DNA from: Flavobacteriales bacterium
GTDB lineage: Bacteria; Bacteroidota; Bacteroidia; Palsa-965
Direction: 5' to 3'
DNA: 64,000 nucleotides
Assembly (NCBI GenBank): GCA_040377305.1
Contig: JBEIPA010000001.1
Location: forward strand, 96,001 to 160,000
Shown here: positions 38,597 to 48,551 of the stretch, piece by piece
How the letters are laid out: the number at the start of each line of letters is the position of its first letter
Position numbering within the stretch: the stretch's first letter is position 1
Notes under the pieces: generated by a model
Told to the model about the DNA's origin: nothing
The model's input: only the letters and a program-made list of their open reading frames with translations
Databases searched by the model: none
Translations under genes and position numbers: made by a program

Positions 38597-39040
38597 CTAT
38601 TCTCCAAGCGATTCCAAATTCGCCACAAACTTATGCGGCTTCCCAGCCAGCTTCGCGAAAAAAGTAGCTTCTGCTTTTTTGATTGCTGTTGAAGCACTTG
38701 TCAGTTTCTTCTTGCCGGTAATGGTAATCTGAAGAATCACCGCGCGACCATCGTTGCGATTTTCTTTTCTCGCAATGAGTTTTGCTTCCTCGAGTGTGCG
38801 AATAACTTTCGAAGTCATCATTACATCCGTGCCGGCAGTTCTTGCGAGCAAAGTTTGTGATGGTTGTTTACCACTCGCTTCAAGCTGCTTCACCGCGTCG
38901 AGCAAGAGAAACTGGACGTGCGTTATTCCAGTTGTTTTAAGATGGTCGCGAACATGTCGCTGCCATGCATTACCGGCTTTCCACAGGAGAAATCCTGCAC
39001 CGGAAAAGGAGCGCTTGGTTTTTTTGGGGCTAGAGGACAT
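38597..39040 (-). CDS. MarR-family transcriptional regulator
   Basis: GITHVQFLLL, DVMMTSKVIRTLE and DGRAVILQIT..G. Confidence 0.9.
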   Translation of the reverse strand: MSSSPKKTKRSFSGAGFLLWKAGNAWQRHVRDHLKTTGITHVQFLLLDAVKQLEASGKQPSQTLLARTAGTDVMMTSKVIRTLEEAKLIARKENRNDGRAVILQITITGKKKLTSASTAIKKAEATFFAKLAGKPHKFVANLESLGE

Positions 39041-39070
39041 CTGTTGGGGGTTGGGGGTTGCTTGTCCATA

Positions 39071-39694
39071 TTAATTTCGGTCTTCGTTACTAAATCCAAT
39101 TGTAACACCGGCACGAAAACCAATTCTCTCCAGTGTACCATCTTCAGGCAAACGGTAAATAAAACTTGCGCCAATTTGAGGTGCAATATAAATCGGAAAT
39201 TTCAGATTCGACATGAGTCGGCAACGAATCATCATTGTGCCAACCATGCGACCGTGTTCAAATCCTGTTGCACGATCTCTCCAATAATCAAAGCCAAGTG
39301 GATTCAGTGAAACGTGCATTCGCATCTTTCCATCGGTGGCATAATAACCAACACCTTCCGGAATTGCACACAAGAGCACCCCCAGATTGTTTGCCCATGG
39401 AATTGCGTTAAATACCGGGCGAGATTGTTGTTCCTGAAGTAGTTTGTAACCACCAACTAAACCTGCAGTTCCGTGAAAATAAAATCCTCCGTCTAATGCA
39501 GGTCCGATACCGATCTGATAATTCAATGTGAAGCGTTCACCCAATCCAATGTGAAAGATGCCGCCGAATTGTTGTTGAGCACGGGAGCCAAGCTGGTAGT
39601 GTTCAGCATAGATACCACCTTCAAACCACTCCTGGGCTGAAGCACGATAACTGAGAAAAGACAAAAGCAGGAATAGGGTTAAACGCGCTTTCAT
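39071..39694 (-). CDS. Hypothetical outer-membrane/secreted protein
   Basis: Signal peptide ending ASA-Q; Gly/aromatic beta-strand pattern. Confidence 0.65.
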   Translation of the reverse strand: MKARLTLFLLLSFLSYRASAQEWFEGGIYAEHYQLGSRAQQQFGGIFHIGLGERFTLNYQIGIGPALDGGFYFHGTAGLVGGYKLLQEQQSRPVFNAIPWANNLGVLLCAIPEGVGYYATDGKMRMHVSLNPLGFDYWRDRATGFEHGRMVGTMMIRCRLMSNLKFPIYIAPQIGASFIYRLPEDGTLERIGFRAGVTIGFSNEDRN

Positions 39695-39726
39695 TGTTGG
39701 GTGCAAGTTAGTGAGACTTAGGACAA

Positions 39727-40362
39727 TTACGCGCCTAAAACTTCAGAAAGCGTGCCAGTATGGAGCTCATGTCCACCCTCGAACCGTACGTGTTTGTAAG
39801 TGGTGAAAAGCGTTTCAATAGTGGTAAGATTCCTTTTCTCACTAGCCTCGTCAACGTACTTATCGTGAGATGCAGTAACCACCGTCAAGGCTTTGCATCG
39901 GGCCTTGCTTTCTGCTGGTAAGTCGGGCGGAAAGAAGCCACACCAGAGAATCAGATGGTCGATTTGAGTCATCCCGAATGCAGCCCATCGCGAAACAGTT
40001 GCAGCGCCCTGCGAAAAACCAAGCACCGTAATTTTGACATCTGGCGGACAACGTAACAGTACGTCTGCAGCACATTGATCAAGCCATTGAATGTAATCCG
40101 ATATATCATCAAGGCGATCTTCTTTCGTCATCCACGAGGCAACAACTTTGTCGTAACCACCGCGGTGATAGAAACGATGCAAACCTTCGGGAGCAACAAA
40201 CAATCTGGAGGCACTACTCAGGGAAGAGAATCCTTCGAGAAATTCATTTGCAAGTTGTGCATAACCGTGACACACAAAAACGACTTCGCGCACGTGTGTG
40301 CCAGGATCTGCCGAGAGAAAATATCGTGCTGTTTTGGGAACGGTGAGTTTCTGTACAATCAT
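39727..40362 (-). CDS. Phospholipase/carboxylesterase (alpha/beta hydrolase)
   Basis: HGYAQ, APEG, GFSQG and FEGGH. Confidence 0.88.
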   Translation of the reverse strand: MIVQKLTVPKTARYFLSADPGTHVREVVFVCHGYAQLANEFLEGFSSLSSASRLFVAPEGLHRFYHRGGYDKVVASWMTKEDRLDDISDYIQWLDQCAADVLLRCPPDVKITVLGFSQGAATVSRWAAFGMTQIDHLILWCGFFPPDLPAESKARCKALTVVTASHDKYVDEASEKRNLTTIETLFTTYKHVRFEGGHELHTGTLSEVLGA

Positions 40363-40475
40363 CTACTTTCCTTTTGATCCGGCTGGAAGCTCCGAATATG
40401 TTTCGATCAATTTAGGAATATTTCAATGAAGTATTCTCCAGGACGAATTTGCTATAAAGGTTGCCTCTCCGATTT

Positions 40476-42377
40476 CTAATTACCTGAAAAATTCATCGGC
40501 AGTTCAATTATAAATTCGGCACCACCATTCTTCTCACTCTTAATACTGATGCATCCGCCCAAACTTTCGACCTGTGTCTTGACCATAAATAGCCCAATTC
40601 CCTTTCCTTCAATTGTCGGGTGAAATCTTTTATAAAGTCCAAAAACATCCTTGCCGTACTTGTTCAGGTCAATCCCTATTCCACTGTCCTTGAATGTAAT
40701 TTTCAATTTGCCCGATTCCATTTCACTTTTTATCCGAATAACGGGCGTATCATTTGGCTTTCTGAATTTAATACTATTCAATATAATATTATAGAAAATA
40801 CTGTGCATATAACTTTTGATACTTATCGTTCTATCAATAAGAGAAAAGTCTGTCTCGATTTGCACTTGTTCCTTTTGTATAAGATTCTGAATACTCGATC
40901 TGATTCCGTTAACAAGCTCCTCCAGATTAACCTCTGAGCGGCTTTCCGTGACGTCAAATCTTAAGTGCAGAATATCATTGATGTCCTTCACAACTTCGTC
41001 CAGTTGTTGAACTGCTGCGAAAAGGTATTCCTGAATTTCTATCCGATCCTGACCGGAAACATTCCCTTTCAAAACATTATTAATGCCCAGGATACTGGCA
41101 ATCGGCGCTCGCAGGCTGTGTGAAACGATGTGCGCGAACTGTTCAAGGTTTTTGCTATGCTGAATTAAGTCGCTGGTAAGCTTAAAGCGCTCCTGTTCTG
41201 CCTGTTTGCGTAGCGTAACATCACGAATCATCATCGATGTTCTTTCCTGCCCATAGGCATCTGTAAACACTGCAGAAGTTACTTCACCCGGAAATTTACT
41301 GCCGTCTTTGCGGATAAAATTCAGTTCCCCCTTTGAACTACCCGTACGTCTTCTTTCTTCAATGAACATTTCCAGATGTGGATCAGAAGCGTCCACCAAC
41401 CCCGCTCGCCCGGCCGCACAAATTTCCTGTTCCGACATTTGAAAAATGTAACACGCAGCAGGATTGGCTGAAATTATTTCCCCATTGGGAGAAGTAAGAA
41501 GGATGCCATCCATACTATTCTCGAAGAATGCACGATACTTTACTTCACTTTCACGGATTAGCTGTTCAGATACTTGCTGTTCAGTAATGTCAATATGCAT
41601 GACAACAATTCCGGAATCGCGGCTTTCATCTTCTCGTGTGACAATCACCTTAAACCATTTCGTACTATTCTGCAGGTAGTACTGATGAATGCCAGAGTAA
41701 CTCTCTAATTCTCCCGATAGTATTTTCGACAACGCAGTTTCCAGTTTTTGCCCATCACCTGAAATGTTGCTGTAGCACAGTTTTATAATATCATGATAAG
41801 TACACCCAATGCCGTAGTTCAGTCGTTCAAATGAATTTGTATTGAAAAAATCCTTCCACAACTTATTTACATCACAAATGACTCCTCCTTTATCCAGCAA
41901 GACAATATGTGCCGGTAGATGTTGAAGTAGATCGGCATATTTTCTTTCGGAGTTCTTTAGTGTCACCGCCGCTTCCTTCCGCTCATTCTCAAGTTTGGCA
42001 TATCTGAGAGCACTGAGAAAAGCCAAAGGCAAACGCTGGGGTCTGTCTTTCAGAATATAATCACTCGCTCCGTTCTTCATAACCTCTGCTGCAAATTCTT
42101 CTGTAACAGTACCGGTTACAAGGATGAAAGGAATTTCCAACTCCGATTCCTTCAGAATATCTAATGCCTGCAGGGAATTAAATGAAGGGCAGAGATGATC
42201 ACTGATAATTATTTCCGGGGCAAATTCCTTCAAAGCATCAATATATGCAGTACGCGAATTCACAACTTTAATGTCCAGGTTAACCTTCGCTTCTTCCAAT
42301 AGCTGGTCAATTAATTTAGCATCTGCCGGTAGTCCTTCCAGGTGCAGCACTCTTACAGGGTTGTTACTTGGTATCAT
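40476..42377 (-). CDS. Cytoplasmic hybrid histidine kinase (REC-PAS-PAS-HisKA-HATPase)
   Basis: IIISD and GASDYILKD receiver; two PAS domains; FAHIVSHSLRAP, NSIKF, DSGIG and GKGIGL. Confidence 0.9.
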   Translation of the reverse strand: MIPSNNPVRVLHLEGLPADAKLIDQLLEEAKVNLDIKVVNSRTAYIDALKEFAPEIIISDHLCPSFNSLQALDILKESELEIPFILVTGTVTEEFAAEVMKNGASDYILKDRPQRLPLAFLSALRYAKLENERKEAAVTLKNSERKYADLLQHLPAHIVLLDKGGVICDVNKLWKDFFNTNSFERLNYGIGCTYHDIIKLCYSNISGDGQKLETALSKILSGELESYSGIHQYYLQNSTKWFKVIVTREDESRDSGIVVMHIDITEQQVSEQLIRESEVKYRAFFENSMDGILLTSPNGEIISANPAACYIFQMSEQEICAAGRAGLVDASDPHLEMFIEERRRTGSSKGELNFIRKDGSKFPGEVTSAVFTDAYGQERTSMMIRDVTLRKQAEQERFKLTSDLIQHSKNLEQFAHIVSHSLRAPIASILGINNVLKGNVSGQDRIEIQEYLFAAVQQLDEVVKDINDILHLRFDVTESRSEVNLEELVNGIRSSIQNLIQKEQVQIETDFSLIDRTISIKSYMHSIFYNIILNSIKFRKPNDTPVIRIKSEMESGKLKITFKDSGIGIDLNKYGKDVFGLYKRFHPTIEGKGIGLFMVKTQVESLGGCISIKSEKNGGAEFIIELPMNFSGN

Positions 42378-42459
42378 GATTGGGGGTGATAATACTATTG
42401 TGTGGTATGAGCACAGCAATCTGGGTTGATTGAGAAATTAGAAAGCGAATTTGTGATAA

Positions 42460-42885
42460 TCATAGTGAATCGGACTTGGATAGATTGGATTGAGACTGTA
42501 TGATCTTCAATGTGTCAATTACCTTTTCAAGATCATGTGACTTATCGAAAAAGAAATCTGCCCCAAAACCAATACACGACTTACGGTAATGCTCGTTGGC
42601 AAAATTTGTAAATACGATCAATATGATTTCAGGATATTGCTTCCGAAGTTGGATAAGAAAACTAATGCCATTAGATTTTGGTGAATCACCCTCAAGATGA
42701 ATGTCCAGAATAACAATCCTTGGCTTGGTTTCAGCTATCACAACATTGGCCGAGGAAACGTTTGGAGCGCACGCCACACATTCCACACCGACCAAAACAC
42801 CCAAAACGCTCTTCAACCGCTCAGTAATGAGTGCCGAATCATCAACAAGCACAATTTTTATTGGGCATATCCCTTCCTTCTCCAT
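42460..42885 (-). CDS. Single-domain response regulator
   Basis: VLVDDS, ILDIHL, FTN and FFDKS. Confidence 0.88.
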   Translation of the reverse strand: MEKEGICPIKIVLVDDSALITERLKSVLGVLVGVECVACAPNVSSANVVIAETKPRIVILDIHLEGDSPKSNGISFLIQLRKQYPEIILIVFTNFANEHYRKSCIGFGADFFFDKSHDLEKVIDTLKIIQSQSNLSKSDSL

Positions 42886-42980
42886 ATCCTCTGTTTCGGG
42901 TGCAAAGGACTGAATGAAGGCATCCGTTTCAGATAGGTTGGATCATGAAACTCTTGTAGTGGTTTGTACTACAAAACGGA

Positions 42981-43598
42981 TCAAACTAACTTGTTGTCCA
43001 GGGCATATCGCGTAATTTCGGCGTTATTGCCGAGGTTTAGTTTCTCCAGTATTCGGGCGCGGTAGGTGCTAATGGTGTTTACACTCAACACGATTTCGTC
43101 GGCAATCTCCGACACCGTTTTACCTGAAGCGATAAGCTGGAGTACCTGCAACTCTCGATCTGACAGGGCGTCATAGTCCTGCTTTTCTCCATAAGTATCA
43201 GCTAATTGTTCGGCTACTGAATCTGAAATATACTTACGTCCGGATAAAACTTTGTGTATAGCCGCAAGGAGTTCCTTTGTGGCGCTTTGTTTACTAAGAA
43301 AGCCAGAGGCTCCAGCCTTGAGTGTCCTGATCGCATATTGTTCTTCAGGGTGCATGCTCAACATGAGTATGGGCGCTTTTATCCCATTCGCCCTTATTTG
43401 TTTGAGCGCTTCCATTCCATTTATTCCTGGCATGGAAATATCAAGCAAAATGATATCCCAAATCTGCCTTCGGACTTCAACAAGCGCCTCATTGCCATTG
43501 GTGACTTCCGTAATGTCTGCCACAGAAAATTCTTCGCGCAATATTTGCACCAAACCTTTTCTGACTATTGCATGATCGTCTGCAATTAGAATTTTCAT
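42981..43598 (-). CDS. NarL/LuxR-family response regulator
   Basis: IADDH, LLDISMP, GFLSK and LSDRELQVL..IASG...TISTYRARI HTH. Confidence 0.93.
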   Translation of the reverse strand: MKILIADDHAIVRKGLVQILREEFSVADITEVTNGNEALVEVRRQIWDIILLDISMPGINGMEALKQIRANGIKAPILMLSMHPEEQYAIRTLKAGASGFLSKQSATKELLAAIHKVLSGRKYISDSVAEQLADTYGEKQDYDALSDRELQVLQLIASGKTVSEIADEIVLSVNTISTYRARILEKLNLGNNAEITRYALDNKLV

Positions 43599-45913
43599 AA
43601 GTGCTGATTGTCTTTTCCTTGTAATGGTATTTCCAACGCAATCGTAACTCCACGTTGTTCTTCATTCTTGATAATTAAATTCCCGTGCAACATTAACGCG
43701 CGTTCTTTCATACCAACCAACCCCAGGGATTTTTTGTTCTTAGCTTCTTCAAGATTCAAACCAACACCGTTGTCCTTTACAATCAGTGATAAGACTCCGT
43801 TTTTTTCTTCAAGAGCAGTTTCAACAAGTGTTGCCTGACTATGCCTTGCGACGTTGGTAAGTGCTTCCTGATAAACCCTGAATATGTTAGTGACAATATT
43901 TATATCGAAGTCGCTGTCTTCTACTTCAGTCTTGAATCGCGATCTGATACCCGTTCGCTTTTCGAATTCCTGAGTTTGCCATTCGAGGGCGGCAATCAAT
44001 CCCAGATCGTCCAATATCCCGGGACGAAGTTCGGATGCAATTCGTCGTACACTTTGTATTGTGTCATCTATTAGCAAAATCATGTTTGATAGTCTTTCCT
44101 GAACCATAACCTCACTTTGATTCTTGCTTTTTAGAATCCAGGATGTGTCCATCTTTAAGCCTGTCAATTGCTGACCCAATTCGTCATGGATTTCACGTGC
44201 AATGCGGGTTCTCTCCTCTTCTCGAACACGCTGCAAATGTCCAGTGAGTTCCTTCAACTGATCATACGATGCTTTCAACTCCTCTTCTGCCTTCAGTTTT
44301 TCGGTAATATCATTTAGCATCACCAAAGAAGCACGTGTTCCATTATAATCTATCAAGTGACCCGTAATATCGAGAAACATCACTTCGCCACTCTTCTTCT
44401 TATGCCGCCATACTTTTTTGTGAACTCTACCGTACTGCTCCTCTGTCGTGATCACTTCCTCAAGTGCTGCGACATCCTCCAGGGGGCGGATGTCCTTAAT
44501 CGTTAAGTTCAAAAATTCATCTCTTGTATAACCATACTTTAACAAAACTTCTTCATTGCAATCAATTATCTGCGTCGTTTTAAAATTCCAAATAAACATC
44601 GGTGACGGATTATTCTCGAAGAGATTTTTATAATCCTTTTCACTTTGAATAATCTTGAGTTGCGCCTGTTTGCGTTCAGTTAGATCCTGACAAGTACCCA
44701 ATGCTCGTACGGGATTTCCAAGCGGATCATAAAAAATCTTCCACCGCTCCTCTACATACTTTATAGCGCCAGACGGACTCACAGCCCGATGTTCGACAAC
44801 ATGCAAGAAATGTGATCCGATTGATTCCTTAAACGCATGATCAACCATCTCACGATCCAACGGGTGAACATAGTCGAGAAAATTAGGATGTGAATGCTTA
44901 AAGTCCACGGGATCGATCTCAAAAATTTTGTAGGTCTCCAACGACCACGTCACTTCCATGGTTGAAAGGTTAGTTTCCCAACTACCAACCTTCGCTAAAG
45001 CTTGCGCTTCAATCAGTCTCGCTTCACTGACTTGCAACATCCTGGTTTTTTCTTCAACCAGTTTGTTCAGCTTCAAAGGCTGCCTTGCAAGATACCAGGC
45101 AAAGATGCCGCCCACCAGTGAGAGAAGAAACCCAAGAATAGAAATGGCTAAGACTCCTAAAAATGCTTTTTTGTTTTTCGACATTACATGCAACTTCCAC
45201 TCACCATCTGGGATTTCAATTACAACTGACTGACCAGATTCAAACGATCTCGATTCAGGTAAAAAGTATTCTTCCTTTAATGTGGTTGGATTAACTTTTG
45301 ACAATTGATACACGAATTCATTGCCCGGGAGCGTATCAATACCTGCGGCCTTCAAAAGTGTGGATATCTTAATAAGAACCGCAGCGAAGCCCTGAAACTC
45401 ATTGTTAATGAAAATAGGGAGTCGACCAACGACCGCAACTCCTCCCTGCTTCAATTCGAATGGACCTGCAAAATAAAGCGACTTCATATCTATCGCCTTG
45501 TACGCCTCCTGGTTACGCAAGGAATCTTCAAGGATATTATAACCAATAGCTGCTTCATTTCCCTGTAACGGATAGACATTGGTTATTTCCCCTCCCTGGG
45601 TTAATTCAAGTGCATCGATAAATTTGTTCGATTGCAAAATGCGCTTCGCAATGGAGTCGAAATTTTTGGGAACTCCATATTCCTCCACAACAAACTTCAA
45701 TGTTTGCACTGCAGCAAGATCGTAGCTCAATGCAGTTTGCAACCTATCCTTTACCGAATTTATCTCCCGAAGAATCTGATTGTGCTTTTCCTCTTTGACG
45801 ATCAAGTACCGCTGATAGGATAGAAACTGAGTTAAGCCCGCGATTAATAAAAAAACGATCAGTCCCGTTAAGCGAGGAGTTTTGCTGCTTGAAGTAGTAG
45901 TGTTCGCTTTCAT
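43595..45913 (-). CDS. CHASE-PAS-PAS sensor histidine kinase (HisKA_3 type)
   Basis: TM-CHASE (AGPFELKQGG)-TM; two PAS domains; ERTRIAREIHDELGQ, QEALTNVARH, DNGVG and GLVGMKER. Confidence 0.92.
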   Translation of the reverse strand: MKANTTTSSSKTPRLTGLIVFLLIAGLTQFLSYQRYLIVKEEKHNQILREINSVKDRLQTALSYDLAAVQTLKFVVEEYGVPKNFDSIAKRILQSNKFIDALELTQGGEITNVYPLQGNEAAIGYNILEDSLRNQEAYKAIDMKSLYFAGPFELKQGGVAVVGRLPIFINNEFQGFAAVLIKISTLLKAAGIDTLPGNEFVYQLSKVNPTTLKEEYFLPESRSFESGQSVVIEIPDGEWKLHVMSKNKKAFLGVLAISILGFLLSLVGGIFAWYLARQPLKLNKLVEEKTRMLQVSEARLIEAQALAKVGSWETNLSTMEVTWSLETYKIFEIDPVDFKHSHPNFLDYVHPLDREMVDHAFKESIGSHFLHVVEHRAVSPSGAIKYVEERWKIFYDPLGNPVRALGTCQDLTERKQAQLKIIQSEKDYKNLFENNPSPMFIWNFKTTQIIDCNEEVLLKYGYTRDEFLNLTIKDIRPLEDVAALEEVITTEEQYGRVHKKVWRHKKKSGEVMFLDITGHLIDYNGTRASLVMLNDITEKLKAEEELKASYDQLKELTGHLQRVREEERTRIAREIHDELGQQLTGLKMDTSWILKSKNQSEVMVQERLSNMILLIDDTIQSVRRIASELRPGILDDLGLIAALEWQTQEFEKRTGIRSRFKTEVEDSDFDINIVTNIFRVYQEALTNVARHSQATLVETALEEKNGVLSLIVKDNGVGLNLEEAKNKKSLGLVGMKERALMLHGNLIIKNEEQRGVTIALEIPLQGKDNQHL

Positions 45914-46102
45914 TTTGTATGAATAACGTTTACCGTGCTATCAGCGGCGTACTGACTAAGCTGCGAACCTCTGCTCCAATGCCAACATGTAACTTAAGAA
46001 AGGTATGCGTTTTATGCCCTATTTCCTAAGCTAAACAATTAATATGCCTCTGATGGACCCGATCTGCATGCTATATCGATACCACATTACCTCGCATAAA
46101 TA

Positions 46103-47314
46103 CTACTTCTTTTCTCCTTTTGATTTCGCGCTACTATCGGCCGACTCCTCCTCATCTGTTTCAATGAAGTGCGCGCCGAGTATTTCCAATACAGGCTTCA
46201 CATTATAAATGCCGCGATTGAATTTGTTGCACAACATGACGATCGTAACATCTTCTGTAACGCCGCGATAAAATGCACTCGTGTAACCATGCCACCAACC
46301 ATTGTGGAAGACGGCGCGGGCTTTATCGGGGAAATCAACGGTGCGCCAACCGTAACCGTAGTTCCAGGATTTCTTTCCAACGAGCTCTTCACTGTAGCCA
46401 GTGTACGCAAGGTTCTGCATTTCCAGGCTCAGAACAATTCCGCGTCGTAATGCGCGATCCCACTTGAACATATCGCCGACGCTTGCATAAACTCCTTTGT
46501 CGCCCGCAACACCATCGAGAAAATCATGATCCCAGCGATTCCAGCTTTTGTAGTAGCCTCGCGCCATGTGGGGATGCGAAGAAGTATCGCCTGCTACCCA
46601 GGTATGATTCATTTCGAGCGGATCGAAATAATTTACTTTCATGAATTCGTGGAAAGACATTTCAGAAACTTTCTCCACGATAGCTGCGAGAAGAATATAC
46701 CCTGTGTTGCTGTAATCGTATTTTTCGTCGGGCTTGTGAATGGATTTTACCTTTAGACGAGTGAAGAGTGCAACCACGCTGTCGTTGGTGTAATAGTCGG
46801 GCGGATCAACTCCTCTGTCTCGATAATACTTGTCGCAGATATTCGTGTACTTGTCCATTCCGCCCCGGTGACACAGTAATTCGTGCACGGTCAGGTTTGA
46901 ATACGGAAGCTCCGGAAAAAATTTGCGAACGGAATCCTGGAGGCTCAACTCGCCACGTTGTACAAGCAACAAAACCGCGGCAGCAGTAAATTGTTTTGAA
47001 ACCGAAGCAAGCTGGAAAGACGACTCAAGTGTGAGCGAATCTCTGTTCTCGTGATTTTCCCAGCCGAATGCTTTTTCGTAGAGCACGACGCCGTTCTGTG
47101 CAACAAGAACACAGCCAGAGAAGGTTCCCTCCACAAACTTCTTCGCGAAAAATGTGTCGAGGCTCGCTTGTTTCGCGTCAGCTCCTATTTTCTTCCAATA
47201 GTATTCAGTGGAATCCGGTAATGGCGTATCGATTTTCACAACCGCGGTCGATTCACCACATCCTGAAGCCAGCAGAACAAGAAATAGAAATATGGAAATT
47301 GCAAAAGCGCGCAT
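46103..47314 (-). CDS. Serine hydrolase, beta-lactamase class C / AmpC-like lipoprotein
   Basis: Lipobox ASGC; LASVSKQF (SxxK), YSNTGY and HNGWWHG. Confidence 0.9.
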   Translation of the reverse strand: MRAFAISIFLFLVLLASGCGESTAVVKIDTPLPDSTEYYWKKIGADAKQASLDTFFAKKFVEGTFSGCVLVAQNGVVLYEKAFGWENHENRDSLTLESSFQLASVSKQFTAAAVLLLVQRGELSLQDSVRKFFPELPYSNLTVHELLCHRGGMDKYTNICDKYYRDRGVDPPDYYTNDSVVALFTRLKVKSIHKPDEKYDYSNTGYILLAAIVEKVSEMSFHEFMKVNYFDPLEMNHTWVAGDTSSHPHMARGYYKSWNRWDHDFLDGVAGDKGVYASVGDMFKWDRALRRGIVLSLEMQNLAYTGYSEELVGKKSWNYGYGWRTVDFPDKARAVFHNGWWHGYTSAFYRGVTEDVTIVMLCNKFNRGIYNVKPVLEILGAHFIETDEEESADSSAKSKGEKK

Positions 47315-47318
47315 AAAT

Positions 47319-47349
47319 AAAAATCCCCCGAAAGTTCCGGAGGATTTTT
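47319..47349 (-). terminator. Intrinsic terminator
   Basis: AAAAATCCCCCG...CGGAGGATTTTT imperfect hairpin downstream of the 47376 gene. Confidence 0.6.
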
Positions 47350-47375
47350 GACTTGTGGTGTTGATAAACCAACCT

Positions 47376-48221
47376 TTATTTCACAACCACGACTAAATAT
47401 TTTGAAACGCTCCAGAATTTCTTCTGGTCAGTGATAACCAATTTCTCTGCACGACCATCTGCACCGTCGATTCTGTATGAACCTGCAGGATGTGTAGTCA
47501 CAACTTCTGCTTCTTTCGAGCTAAGTGGCACTTCCGTAATCTTGGTGATATCAACCTGCGTGAAGTAATCGACGTTCGGCTTCTCGTTCATCTTGATGGT
47601 TTTGCCCATTCCGATTACACCACCTTCAAGGCTGATGATTCCTTGTGCTTCGAGCTCTTTCTTCGTTCCGTATGCGTAGTAAGCTGTGTTCAGCTCAATT
47701 GTCTTCGCATCAGACTCTTGTTGCAACTCCTGGTAATTCATGCTCAGGTTGCTCAGCTCAAGATTTTTCTTCTCGAGATCGTCTTTCAGTTCTGTGATTT
47801 CGGCCTCACGAGTTACCAATGTGTTGTTGAGGTTGTCGATTGTAGTCTGCATAGACGCGATCTGAAGATTTGCGTTACTCAGATTCTTTTTTGCAGATGC
47901 AAGACGCTGTTTGTTCTCAACCATCATCGCATAAATTGCTTCGATGTCGGCAGTGATTTTGTCTTTACGTGAGTTAACGTCCCCTTTTGAAGTATCAGTA
48001 GCAATCATCTTTTCCTTCTCACGGATCTCATCAAGATTAGCCTGGATGTCGTTCATCGCTCTGAAGAATGAGTCGAGTGAAGCTGCTTGTTCACTGGTAA
48101 TGCCACTGAGGCGATTAGTTTCAGCAGTCAAACTGTCCTTAACTGGATCAGTCACTGGTTTATCGTCTCCGCATGCAAACCAAAATGGTGCGATGAAGAG
48201 AATCAGAAATAGCTTTTTCAT
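47376..48221 (-). CDS. Coiled-coil lipoprotein (Cbp1-family adhesin-like)
   Basis: MKKLFLILFIAPFWFAC lipobox; long coiled coil; LNTAYYAYGTKKEL...TTHPAGSY...FWSVSKYLVV C-terminal domain. Confidence 0.7.
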   Translation of the reverse strand: MKKLFLILFIAPFWFACGDDKPVTDPVKDSLTAETNRLSGITSEQAASLDSFFRAMNDIQANLDEIREKEKMIATDTSKGDVNSRKDKITADIEAIYAMMVENKQRLASAKKNLSNANLQIASMQTTIDNLNNTLVTREAEITELKDDLEKKNLELSNLSMNYQELQQESDAKTIELNTAYYAYGTKKELEAQGIISLEGGVIGMGKTIKMNEKPNVDYFTQVDITKITEVPLSSKEAEVVTTHPAGSYRIDGADGRAEKLVITDQKKFWSVSKYLVVVVK

Positions 48222-48404
48222 GGTAGATTGTTTTTTCAGTTTGGAATTCATGTAGCGCGGGGCGGTATCATGAAAGTTGTTGTTAGGTATATCTGTTGCC
48301 AAATTTACGCGGGGGCGTTTGGCAATCGGGGCAAAATTAGATGTTTGGGGTGGATTACAGGATATGTGGCGGTTATTTCAGGACATTTAACTGCATCGTT
48401 GCTC

Positions 48405-48542
48405 ACCCTGGACTAAAGTCCATGGTTATCACGGCTTTTGCTGGTTTATAGGGCATTTTGCGTTGGCGAAATTCCCGCCAACACAAAATGCCCTGCATCC
48501 ACAAAGTAAGGACGTGATAACCGTGGGCTTCAGCCCGCGGTT
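48405..48542. repeat. REPIN/MITE-like element: two inverted palindromic REP units around a central hairpin
   Basis: ACCCTGGACTAAAGTCCATGGTTATCACG (48405-48433) is an imperfect inverse of CGTGATAACCGTGGGCTTCAGCCCGCGGT (48513-48541); central AGGGCATTTTGCGTTGGCG / CGCCAACACAAAATGCCCT (48450-48494). Confidence 0.8.
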
Positions 48543-48551
48543 CGACGAGAC

